A program made the position numbers and the translations under genes. From the NCBI GenBank assembly GCA_965204745.1, contig OZ242010.1, positions 5,248,001 through 5,312,000 of the forward strand: 64,000 bases of DNA. The letters run 5' to 3'. This DNA is from Candidatus Latescibacterota bacterium. Its GTDB lineage: Bacteria > Latescibacterota > UBA2968. Below are positions 41,309 through 52,000 of this stretch, in pieces; the stretch's first letter is position 1, and each line of letters begins with the position of its first letter. The notes under the pieces are model-generated. The model saw only the letters and a program-made list of their open reading frames with translations. It was not told where the DNA came from and searched no databases.

Positions 41309-42142
41309 TTGCCTACGACAATCGTTTCCAAAGATGCCTTGCATCGCTATCTCGAAGACGTGGCCGCGTCTCAACCGCTCTCTGCACGAGAGGAAGTGCG
41401 GCTCTCTGCGCGCATTCGCAAGGGCGACCGCGAAGCGCGTGCAAAACTCATCGAAGCCAATCTGCGCTTTGTCATCACTGTGGCGTACGAATATCAAAAT
41501 CAAGGCGTGCCGATTGTCGATCTCATCAGCGCGGGCAATGTCGGGCTGATCACCGCGGCAGAGCGTTTTGACGGCAGCCGAGGGTTTAAGTTTATCTCTT
41601 ACGCTGTCTGGTGGATTCGCCAGTCCATTTTGCAAACCTTGGCAGAACATTCCCGCGTGGTGCGCCTGCCGCTCAACCGCGTGGATTTGCTCAGGCGCAT
41701 CGCGCGTTGCGCGACCGGGCAGACGTCGATGCGATCTCTGGAAGAGATCGCCGAAGAATTGGGCATTCCAGTCGAGCAGGTGACGGAGACCCTCACCAGT
41801 GGGCAGCGCGTTTTGTCGTTGGATGCGTCTTTTGGCGGCGAGGATGAAAACAGCCTCCTCGACCTGATGGCCGATGACTCGCAAGAGTCGCCCGATGCGC
41901 TGATCATGCGAAATACCCTCAAAAAGGAAATCACCCGCGCATTGAGCACGCTTGAGGAACGCGAGCGCGAGGTTATCTGCCTCTATTTTGGGTTGGAATC
42001 CGGCGTGGAAATGACGCTCGAAGAAATCGGCAGGCGATACCGCCTCACGCGCGAACGGGTGCGGCAGATCAAGGAAAAAGCACTCCGCAAATTGCGCCAT
42101 CCCACCAGAGGCAGGAAGCTGATGCCTTATACGGAAAAGTGA
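41309..42142 (+). CDS. RNA polymerase sigma-70 factor (RpoD/RpoS-like, lacks region 1.1)
   Basis: ANLRFVITVA, RGFKFISYAVWWIRQ and TLEEIG..LTRERVRQIKEKALRKLR. TTG start inferred from a GAGGTG RBS. Confidence 0.92.
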   Translation: MPTTIVSKDALHRYLEDVAASQPLSAREEVRLSARIRKGDREARAKLIEANLRFVITVAYEYQNQGVPIVDLISAGNVGLITAAERFDGSRGFKFISYAVWWIRQSILQTLAEHSRVVRLPLNRVDLLRRIARCATGQTSMRSLEEIAEELGIPVEQVTETLTSGQRVLSLDASFGGEDENSLLDLMADDSQESPDALIMRNTLKKEITRALSTLEEREREVICLYFGLESGVEMTLEEIGRRYRLTRERVRQIKEKALRKLRHPTRGRKLMPYTEK

Positions 42143-42174
42143 AAGGCACGGTGTACCTGCGATAGCCGTTCAAA

Positions 42175-42312
42175 GGCAAGAGGCAAGACGGAAGAGGCAA
42201 GAGGCAAGACGGGAGAAGGCCACCGCGCTGTTCCTCTCAAGTTGTCAGTTGTCAGTTGTCAGTCCGCCCCGCCCACCCCCTGTTGTAGGGGCGATGCCCC
42301 CGTGCTCGTCCA
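42175..42312. repeat. Heptamer tandem repeats (GGCAAGA, GTTGTCA) plus a GTAG-type REP
   Basis: GTAGGGGCGATGCCCC..TGCTCGTCC at about 42285, with an inverted relative at about 59443-59469. Confidence 0.7.
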
Positions 42313-42390
42313 AAGATACAAGGGGGAATGAGGTCTCCCCTCCCCGAAATGGGAGGGGCATAACATTGTGCATTCCAACAACGACGGGCA

Positions 42391-43761
42391 TCATGAATTT
42401 GATGCCCGTTTCAATTTGTCCACCCAGGCGCGGAATCGCTCGCCGCGTTCTTCAAAATTCCGAAATTGGTCGTAACTCGCAGACGCAGGCGATAGCAAGA
42501 CCACATCCCCGGGTTGTGCCAAGCGGGTCGCGCATGCCATTGCCGCGGCCAAATTTTCGACCCGATGGATGGCGGTCACACCCTTTGTCGCGTCTGCGAT
42601 GGCGTCACCGGTTTCGCCCATCACAATCAGGTGCGCCACTTGTTCTGCTATCGCGGGTCCCAACTCGTCAAACGCGATGCCCTTATCGTATCCCCCGGCG
42701 ATGAGCACGATGGGCTTGTCAAATGCCTCGAGTGCTGTTTGCGTGCGGTCCGGGGTTGTGGCGATTGAATCGTTCACATAGAGAACGCCGTCGATCTCGG
42801 CCACCTGTTCCAATCTGTGGGGCACGCCTTCAAACATGTGCAGTGTTTCGGCGATGTCCGTCTCGGCTACGCCGCATAATAGCGCCGCGCCCGTGGCTGC
42901 GAGTGCGTTGGCGAGGTTGTGCTGACCGCGCAAGGACAACTCATTTGCAGAACAGATTGTTCGCGCCGAGCCCCGGAGCGCGTGTTGGATTTTGCCATCG
43001 CGCACAAAGACCTGCCCATCGCCTTCAATGGCAAAGACCACGCGTTGCCCATTGCCCGGCCAGCGAGACACTTCGGCGTCTTCCCCATTGACGACGGCCC
43101 AATCGCCGCGGCTTTGGTGCGCGGTGATCTGCTGTTTGGCCTTGCGATACGCTTTTAATGACCCGTGAACGTCGAGGTGATTGGGCGCGAAATTGGTGAG
43201 CACGGCAATGTGCGGGCTCCACGGCAACTCGCCCAGTCGGTCGAGTTGAAAGCTCGACAACTCCAGCACAACCGGGATGGTGGCATCGCCATGCAGGATG
43301 TCCAGCGCGTCCAACAATGACCCGCCGATGTTGCCGCCGATTAGGGCGCGCCCATCCTCGCGCTTGAGCATGTCGCCCAAGAGCGACGTGGTGGTGGTCT
43401 TGCCACTGCTGCCCGTGATGCCGATCACCGGCGCGGGACAGCGTTCGACAAACAGACAGATTTCAGACGTGATGGGCACACCTGCGGATTCCGCGACCTG
43501 CAAAAACCGCGATGACCGGGGCACTGCGGGATTGGCGACGATCAAATCCGCGTTCCGAAAATCCGCCTCCTCGTGCCCGCCCAACACAAATGCCACGGGC
43601 AACCCATCCAGCGTGCGCACGGATGCGCCCAGTTCCCTCTCCGACCGCAAATCCGTCACTGTGACCACGGCGCCTTCGCGCACCAAAAACCGCACGGCCC
43701 CCACACCCCCGCCAAACACGCCCAACCCCATCACCAAAACGCGCTGGCCCTTTAAGTTCAT
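42391..43761 (-). CDS. murD: UDP-N-acetylmuramoyl-L-alanine--D-glutamate ligase
   Basis: IGITGSSGKTTT, ELSSFQL, GVPHRLE, NDSIAT and LLSPASASYDQF. Confidence 0.95.
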   Translation of the reverse strand: MNLKGQRVLVMGLGVFGGGVGAVRFLVREGAVVTVTDLRSERELGASVRTLDGLPVAFVLGGHEEADFRNADLIVANPAVPRSSRFLQVAESAGVPITSEICLFVERCPAPVIGITGSSGKTTTTSLLGDMLKREDGRALIGGNIGGSLLDALDILHGDATIPVVLELSSFQLDRLGELPWSPHIAVLTNFAPNHLDVHGSLKAYRKAKQQITAHQSRGDWAVVNGEDAEVSRWPGNGQRVVFAIEGDGQVFVRDGKIQHALRGSARTICSANELSLRGQHNLANALAATGAALLCGVAETDIAETLHMFEGVPHRLEQVAEIDGVLYVNDSIATTPDRTQTALEAFDKPIVLIAGGYDKGIAFDELGPAIAEQVAHLIVMGETGDAIADATKGVTAIHRVENLAAAMACATRLAQPGDVVLLSPASASYDQFRNFEERGERFRAWVDKLKRASNS

Positions 43762-43793
43762 GGGAATCTCCTCTGATCGAAAAAAAGTCACTA

Positions 43794-44227
43794 GGTTCTG
43801 TTGACATTTAGGAGCAAAGCAACATCGGGACCTACCCCCCTAGCCCCCCTTCCTTAGAGGAAGGGGGGAACGCGGATGGGTTTTGCGAGGGGGACCTACC
43901 CCCTAGCCCCGTTACTCGCTACGCTTCGTTGTAGGCTACGCCTGTGCCTGCGAGGAAGGGGGAATGACGAGAGGTTTTGCGAGGGGATGGTGTGAGGGAT
44001 TTTTAATCGCTTTATGCCCTCGGTCAATGCCATCAGAGCAACTAGAGATATAAGCCATCAAAGGGACTTTACTCCCCTTTCCTCGTAGGAAAGGGGCCGG
44101 GGGATAGGTCCCCTCGCGCAACGCCATCAGAGCAACCTAAGCCATCAAAGGACCAAACGCATTAAATGAGCAAGCAACACATTTGCTAATCTGTGCGTAA
44201 CATAAAAAATAAAATGTCAACACGACC
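43794..44227. mobile_element. MITE-like non-autonomous element with the IS5 TIRs, 434 bp
   Basis: TA|GGTTCTGTTGACATTT ... AAATGTCAACACGACC|TA. The interior is REP-like hairpins with no transposase. Confidence 0.8.
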
Positions 44228-44579
44228 TAAAAATTAAAATAGTGATAGAAAAATAAAAAATCAAATTGGTATAACCTGCTTTTCTCTTTGCCCCACCTGA
44301 ACGCCCCAATCCGCGCAATCTGTTTAATCCGCGATTCAGACGAGGTGTTGCCTCTCCTTTTATCCCTTGCCAAAGGTCATCTCGGGTATTAAGTTGGTCG
44401 ATGAACTTTGACATACATCCCATCGCATGCGCGGCGTGCGGTCAATGGCGAGCAACGATCCCTCGCAGAAAGGAGGCTTATGGACGGAAATCCCAAGCGA
44501 GCAGTTGCAGCATCACGCGAGTAGTTGTAGCATCAGGTCTGTTTATTTTTTGTCTCATTCACCCCCGGAGGAAATTCCC

Positions 44580-45446
44580 ATGACGTATCGACATCCACTC
44601 TTTGCCCTGCTCTTCCTCGTTGTGTGTTTTGCCGGCTATGGCGCAAGCGATGCCGGCCATCACAAAATGCACGAAAAAAAAACCGTCACCATCCCCGACG
44701 CCAATCTGCGCGCGGTGATCGCGGATTCTTTGAAAAAGGCGAGTGATGAGGCGATCACCACGGCTGATATGGCCATGGTGACGCGCCTCGTCGCGCCGAA
44801 TGCAGGCATTGGCGATTTGACCGGATTAGAGCACGCCACCAATCTGGCACATTTGGACCTCGGCGACGCGCGCGTGGAGGAAAAGCGCGCCAATAGCAAC
44901 GACATATCCGACCTGTCGCCCCTGTCTGGCCTCACCAAGTTGAGGGTGCTGGACCTCGACCGCGCCACCTCGGTTATGGACCTCGCGCCGCTGGCCGGGC
45001 TGATGAACCTGCGAACCCTGCGCCTCAGCAACAACGAGGTAGCCGATCTGTCGCCCTTGTCTGGCGCGACCAAGTTGAGAATCCTGACGCTTGCCGGAAA
45101 CAAAAAAATCATGGACATCGAGCCGCTAGCAGGCGCGACCATGTTGCGGAACCTCAATCTGAACAACACCGGCATCTCGGACCTCGCATCCCTGTCCGGG
45201 ATGGCGGAACTGGTATCGCTGAATCTCAACAGCACCAAAATTATGGACCTCGCGCCCCTCTCGGGCTTGGCGAAGCTGAAAACCTTGAATATCAACAACA
45301 ACAAGGTCGGCGACATCTCGCCCGTGGCGGGCTTGAGCGCACTGAGCACCCTGAACCTCAGAAACAACCCATTGGACGAAGCGGCGATCAACACGCATGT
45401 TCCGGCCCTGAAGAAACGCGGGGTCAAAGTGGGCATCGAAGAATAA
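44580..45446 (+). CDS. Secreted internalin-like LRR protein
   Basis: Signal peptide, IPDANLRAVI cap and DLSPLSGLTKL repeats. Confidence 0.88.
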   Translation: MTYRHPLFALLFLVVCFAGYGASDAGHHKMHEKKTVTIPDANLRAVIADSLKKASDEAITTADMAMVTRLVAPNAGIGDLTGLEHATNLAHLDLGDARVEEKRANSNDISDLSPLSGLTKLRVLDLDRATSVMDLAPLAGLMNLRTLRLSNNEVADLSPLSGATKLRILTLAGNKKIMDIEPLAGATMLRNLNLNNTGISDLASLSGMAELVSLNLNSTKIMDLAPLSGLAKLKTLNINNNKVGDISPVAGLSALSTLNLRNNPLDEAAINTHVPALKKRGVKVGIEE

Positions 45447-45817
45447 ATGTCCGCAACATCTCAACCATGACCAGCGGGGTTCGTGTCTGTCGCACGAACC
45501 CCGTTGCGGTTGAGAGGCGAAATCGAACGCCATCACGGAGGGAAGTTGTCAGTTGTCAGTTGTCAGTTGTCAATGCGAATTAAGAGTAGAAAGCGAGTAA
45601 GAAGCAAGCCGCAACCCATCATCCAAAGACATGAACGAGTCATCCATTATAGAATCGCCCTTGAATTTGTCTTAAAACGAACGATGGATGCCCCTCCTCC
45701 TGCTCTTCCCCGCAACGGAGAGATGTTATTCCCCCCTTGTATCTTCCTCGTAGGCACAGGCGTAGCCTACAACGAAGCGTAGCGAGTAACGGGGCCAGGG
45801 GGGTAGGTCGTAAAAAG

Positions 45818-45852
45818 TAAAGCCCGAGTTCACTGTGAACCCGGGCTTTTGT
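45818..45852 (-). terminator. Terminator hairpin related to the one at 34731
   Basis: AAAGCCCGAGTTC-ACTGT-GAACCCGGGCTTT. Confidence 0.7.
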
Positions 45853-45878
45853 TTGTTTGCATCTTTCGTCGTTCAGCC

Positions 45879-46045
45879 TTAGGTACCAAAGCTATCGGCG
45901 GAGATGAAGCAATCGTCGAATCCAATCTCGCCATCGCCATCGCCATCGCACCGGGGGTCATATCGCTCCTGGCCGAGTCGCGAGCCGAACTTGCTGGCAA
46001 AGGTCAAGAAGTCGGCGAAATTCACATCGCCATCGCCATCTTCAT
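45879..46045 (-). pseudogene. Orphan dockerin/EF-hand tail fragment
   Basis: DGDGDVNFADFLTFASKFGSRLGQERYDPRCDGDGDGEIGF is homologous to the C-terminus of the 28306-34711 gene. Confidence 0.7.
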
Positions 46046-46069
46046 CTGTGGCGGTCAGGGAACAGGCTT

Positions 46070-49000
46070 TCATTGGAAGTGGGAGTCGGGATAGAGGCTT
46101 CGGATGTAGGGTTCAATGGCTTGAGCGGTCGTGCGCGTAGCATTTTGCTCAATGACGTTCCCTCTGAGGAGGGCCTCGTTCCGGAAGAAGAGGACGTATC
46201 GAATGATCAGGATTATATCCGAGAACAGCCTCACATCGCCATCGCCATCCACATCGAGAATGTTCTGATTGACCAACGTGTCGAGGTAGGGTTCAATTTC
46301 TTGAGCGGTCGTGCGCGTGGCAGTTGGCTCGATGACGTTCCCTCTGAGGAGGGCCTCTTCCCGGAAGAAGAGGACATATCGAATGACCAGGATTATATCC
46401 GAGAACAATCTCACCCGGCCATCGCCATCCACATCCAAGTTGGCACTCGAGGTTTCGTCATCGATAATCGTCCCTGTGCCTTGCGCCGTGCTTATGGTCG
46501 CATTGGTCGCACTGCTCAGCGTCACGATCACGGTCTCGTTCTGCTCATCATCCGAGTCGTCGGTCACAGAAACAGGGATGGTCTGGATGGTATCGCCTAC
46601 CGTGAAGGTCAGGGTCCCCGCGGTAAGCGCGGTGTAATCCGTCCCCGAAGTCGCGGTGCCCGTGCCCGCGTCTGCATACCCCACTGTCACTTGTGCCGTG
46701 TGCGCCGGGCGTAGGTACACCCGAAAGGTTAGGGTCGCGCCGGTCGCGCCTTCAATCACGCTTGGCGAACCGATACTCAGCGCAGGCATGCCATCGTCAT
46801 CGATAATCGTCCCTGTGCCTTGCGCCGTGCTTATGGTCGCATTGGTCGCACTGCTCAGCGTCACGATCACGGTCTCGTTCGGCTCATCATCCCCGTCGTC
46901 GCTCACAGAAACAGCGATAGTCTGGCTGGTCGTGCCCGCCGCGAAGGTCAGGGTTCCTGCGGTAAGTGTGGAGTAATCCGTCCCCGAAGTCGCGGTGCCC
47001 GTGCCCGCGTCTGCATACGCCACCGTCACCTCCTTGCCGCTCACCGCATTCAATCTAACGGTGAACGTCAGGGCAGTGCCCTCAACCGCACTCGGCGAAC
47101 TGATCGAGAGCCTCGGTTGCGGGTCATCATCGGTGATCGTTATTGCAGTCGGGAGGACCACACTGCCCTGGGCGTTGGCTGATACAACGGACACGGTCAC
47201 GTCGCGATTAAGTTCGTCTCGGGTGTTGTCCACCGCTGTGATGACCACCGTATCCGACGCGTTCGCGGTTTGCCCTGCCGCGATGGTGATCGTCGAATCC
47301 ATCCCCACCGTGTAAGCACCGGTCACAGGGCGCACCGTGATCGTCGTCGCCGTGCTCCACGACCGTGTCAGCGTCGCGGTCACGGTACTCATCCCGCCGC
47401 TTTCCGAGATCGACGAGGGCGTCAGGGTCAACGTCACTACCGCGGGTTGGAGTTGAAATTGCACGGTGGTGTCCATGCCGGCATACTTCAAGACCGGATA
47501 CTGATCCGCCGCGCCAAAGGTCCACGGATCGTCTTTGCCCACTGCGTCGCCCGTGTTGGTATCGCTGTCCACATTTAGGTTCCAGTTGTAGTAGGTGTCG
47601 CTGTTGGTGGCACCGTAAGTGCTCGGGCTCTGGAGATCGCGGGTGGTCTTGCCCCCGGCAATGCCGCTCCGGTCACTGTCCCAGTAGCTATTGGTCACTG
47701 TGCCAGATGTGCTACCCACCAACCCGCCTTTCGTGCCGTCACCAGTGACCTGACCTGTCGCATAACTGGCCGTCACTTCACCGCTACTCTCGAGGCGCCC
47801 CACCAACCCGCCTTTCGTGCCGCTCCCAGTAACCGTGACCGCGCCCGTCGCATAGGACGCGATAATCGTCCCGCCGTTCTGCCACCCCACCAGACCACCG
47901 ACCCAGAAATTGGCCCCACTCCCTAAGGCCGTCACAGCCGCAACGGAATAGCTAGCACTGATGCGGCGGTTGGCACCGGTATGAGAATGCCCCACCAGAC
48001 CGCCCAAGCCGTAACTGCCAGACCCCCGAACGCGACCGGTGACATAACAACCCGTGATGGCACCCCCGCGCTGATTGCCGGTGAGTCCTCCCACGGCGAG
48101 GTTGCCTCTGACATCCACATTGCGGAGCCCAAGACCGGAAACAGTGCCCGTGATATCCCGGAACAGCCCAACATCATTCTGACCGCCACGGTTGATATAC
48201 AGGTTGGAGATCGTCTTGTTATTGCCCTTGAGCGTACCGGTGTAAGTCCCGAGGGGTTGCCAACCCGCGCTGCCATTCCAGTAGGTGGCGTCTGCTGAGG
48301 TGATTTCGTCGTCGCCATTCTCGTCAAAGTTGAGGTTGTTGAGCAGTTCGTAGCCGGTGCAGGTCCCAGAAGGGCAACCCATCCGGACATTGCTGGTGGT
48401 GTCGCGGTTGGGAAAGGCGGCGTTGTAGTTCATGGTATCACTATCGGCGACGATCCCATCGCCGTTGAGATCCCAGCGGATGGCATGCAGTTGTGCCAGC
48501 GTCTTAATGTCGATGAGGCCATCGCCATCCCTGTCGTAATTGATCCCCGGGGGCGTGCCCATGACCTCGTCCGAGGGCGTGCTATCGGTCCCACCTGCCA
48601 GGGTGGCAAGGACGCGCACTGTGTAGGGCGTCCCTATCGTCAGGTTCTCTATCGTGTAGGTCGTGGTGCTGCCTCCAGAGACCGTCTCCTGGCGAGAAGA
48701 GGTGTTGTAGCTTTGTCCACCGGACTTCCACTGCACCTTGTAGCCCGTCGCGCCGGTTGCCTCGGTCCAAGCCACAATGAGTTGGCCCGGCCCAGGCGTC
48801 ACGCGCACATTGGTGGGTTTATTTGTCGCCAAGGTCACCATGACTGCGTCCGAAGGAGCGCTGTCGGCTACATTGATATTGGTACTCGTGGCGATGACGC
48901 GAATCGTGTAAGTCGTCCCTGCGGTCAGCCCAGAAATTTTGTGGATCGTGGTGCTCCCGCCAGCGATTGTGGCTTGCCCGTGCGTGGCCAACGCCAGATC

Positions 49001-52000
49001 GGCGGTGGGATAAGTCGCTACCCCGGATTTCCACTGCACCTTATACCCAGTTGCATCGTTCACCGCATTCCAAGTCACGGTCAGCGTGTCCACCTTCGCC
49101 GCCACCATCACAGCCGGACTGCCCAGCAAGGCGGGAACGCCGGTCTGCTCTGCCGAGGGCATGCCATCGGGCGCACCGGTCTTGGTGGCAATGACACGCA
49201 CTGTGTAGGTCGTCTCGGCGAGCAAGTTGGGGATCTTGTAGCGCGTCCCTGTGACGATCCCCTGACGTGAGGCGGCGTAGCTCTGCGCGCCGGCTTTCCA
49301 CTGCACCTTGTACCCCGTCGCATAACTCGCCGCAGTCCAACGCACGTCCAAGGTGTCCGCTTTTGGCGTTACTGTCACACTTGTCGGAATGCCCGGCGGT
49401 TGCAAGTTATACTGCACGGTGGTGTCCATGCCGGCATATTTCAAGACCGGATACTGATTCGCCGCGCCAAAGGTCCACGGATCGTCGTTGCCGGGTTGTC
49501 CGTCGAGGTTGGCGTTCCAGCCGTAGTAGGTGTCGTTGCTGGTGGCACCGTAGGTGGTGGGGCTTATGAGCGCGCTGGTCGTCAGTCCGGTAACGCCGCT
49601 ACCGCCGGCGCTGGTTGTGCAACCGTTGCTGCCGCCGGATGTACAGCCGCTGGTTTGGGTGTCCCAGTAGCTTGCGGTGCCGCCCGTGCCGGAGCCTATC
49701 AACCCGCCGATGGTTGTTAGCGTTCCGCTGGAGCGAGTAACCACGCCGGTGGAGTAGGAGTTCGTTACGGTGCCGCCTTGGCTTGCTCCCAGCAGTCCGC
49801 CGACGTGCTCAGGGCCGCTGACGGATGCGGTGGAGTAGCTTGAGGTAATCGCGTTGGGCGTCCATCCGACCAGTCCGCCGGCGGTCCTAGTCGTCGCCGA
49901 AATGTTGCCGGTGGAGTAGCAGGCGACGACTGTGCCGCGCAGGGCGCCGACCAGAGCGCCGGCATATTCGCCTCCCGCAACACTGGCGTTGGTTATGCCG
50001 ACGGACTCGATGCGGGAGGCGGTGTCGACGTTGCCGAATAATCCCACTTCAACGACGGAGGGTCGGTTGATGGTCAGGTTGTCGATAGTGTAGCCGTTGC
50101 CCTTGAAATCGCCGGTGTATCTGGCGGCGTCTGTGCCAATGGGTAGCCAGCCGTCGCCGTTGTTCCAGTAGGTGGCGTCTGCTTGGGTGATTTCGCCATC
50201 GCCATTCTCGTCAAAGTCGAGGTTGTTGAGCAGTTCGTAGCCGGTGCAGGTCCCGGAAGGGCAACCCATCCGGCCGCTACTGGTGGTGACGCGGTTGGGA
50301 AAGGCGGCGTTGTAGGTCATGGTATCATTATCGGCGACGACCCCATCGCCGTTGAGATCCCAGCGGATGGCATGCAGTTGCGCCAGCGTCTTAATGTCGA
50401 TGAGGCCATCGCCATCGCTGTCGTAATTGATCGCTTGGGGCGTGCCCATGACCTCGTCCGAGGGCGTGCTATCGGTCCCACCTGCCAGGGTAGCAGTGAC
50501 GCGCACCGTGTAGGTCGTGCCAAAGGTCAGGTTCTCTATCGTGTGGGTCGTAGTGCTCATCCCAGAGACCGTCGTCTGGCGATCAGATGTGTTGTAGCTT
50601 TGTACACCGGACTTCCACTGTATCTTGTATCCCGTCGCGCCGGTTGCCTCGGTCCAAGCCACAATGAGTTGGCCCGGCCCCGGCGTCACGCGCACATTGG
50701 TGGGCTTGGTGGTCGCCGAGGTCACCATGACTTCCTCCGAAGGGGCACTGTTGCCGGCCGTTGTGGTGTGCGTGGCGATGACGCGAATCGCGTAGGTCGT
50801 CCCTGGGGTCAGCCCAGAAATTTTGTGGATCGTGGTGCGCCCGCCAGCGATAGTGGCTTGCCCATGCGTGGCGGACTCCTCATCGGCGGCGGGATAAGTC
50901 TCTGACCCGGATTTCCACTGCACCTTATACCCGGTTGCGAGGGGCACCGCATTCCAGGTCACGGTCAACGTGTCCACCTTCGCACTCACCTCCACACCCG
51001 TTGGGCTACCCAGCGTGAGAAGGGTGATCACTTCCTCCGAGGGGGCACTGTCGGCTACATTGGTACGCGTGGCGATGACGCGAATCGCGTAGGTCGTCCC
51101 TGGGGTCAGCCCAGAAATTTTGTGGATCGTGGTGCGCCCGCCAGAGATTGTGGCTTGCCCGTGCGTGGCGGACTCCTCATCGGCGGCGGAATAAGTCTCT
51201 GACCCGGATTTCCACTGCACTTTGTAGCCGGTTGCTCCGTTCGCCGCATTCCAAGTCACGGTCAGCGTGTCCACCTTCGCATTCACCTCCACACCCGTCG
51301 GGCTACCCAGCAGGGGAACGCCGGTCTGCTCTGCCGAGGGCCGGCCATCGCGGACACCGGTCTTGGTGGCAATGACACGCACTGTGTAAGTCGTCCCGCC
51401 GATCAAGTTGGCGATCTTGTAGCGCGTATCCGTGGTGATGGCCTCACGCGAGACGGCGTAGTTCTGCGCGCCGGCTTTCCACTGCACCTTGTATCCCGTC
51501 GCATTACTCGGCGCAGTCCAACGCACGTCCAAGGTGTCCCTTTGCACCGTCACGGTTACACTTGTCGGAATGCCCGGCGGTTGCATTGCAAATTGTGCGG
51601 TGGTGTCCATGCCGGCATATTTCAACACCGGATACTGATCCGCCGCGCCAAAGGTCCACGGGTTGTCACTGCCAGGCCTGCCATCGACATCCACATTCCA
51701 GTTGGCGTAGATGCCGTTGTAATCCGTTTCTGACCGCAACGCGCTGGTGGTCTGGCTCGTGCCGCGAGCACTGGATGAGCGACCACTACTTTCCCTATCC
51801 CAGTAACTATGGGACACTCCGGATTGTGCAAACCCGATCAATCCGCCTAGTTGGCTGGAGTCATGTCTGCGCCCAGTGACTGTCCCCGTGGCATAGCTGG
51901 TACTAACCGAACTAGGAGAAATGTCCAACCTCCCCACCAAACCGCCGACCCTGAAATTTCCAGTCACCGGCCCGATAGCGTAGGACGCTATCACCGTAGC

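Noticed and set aside
44580-45446. Same hypervariable pattern in the second LRR gene
   Set aside because: Its repeats diverge throughout, including synonymous sites, with no invariant block. It is an ordinary LRR and a useful control.
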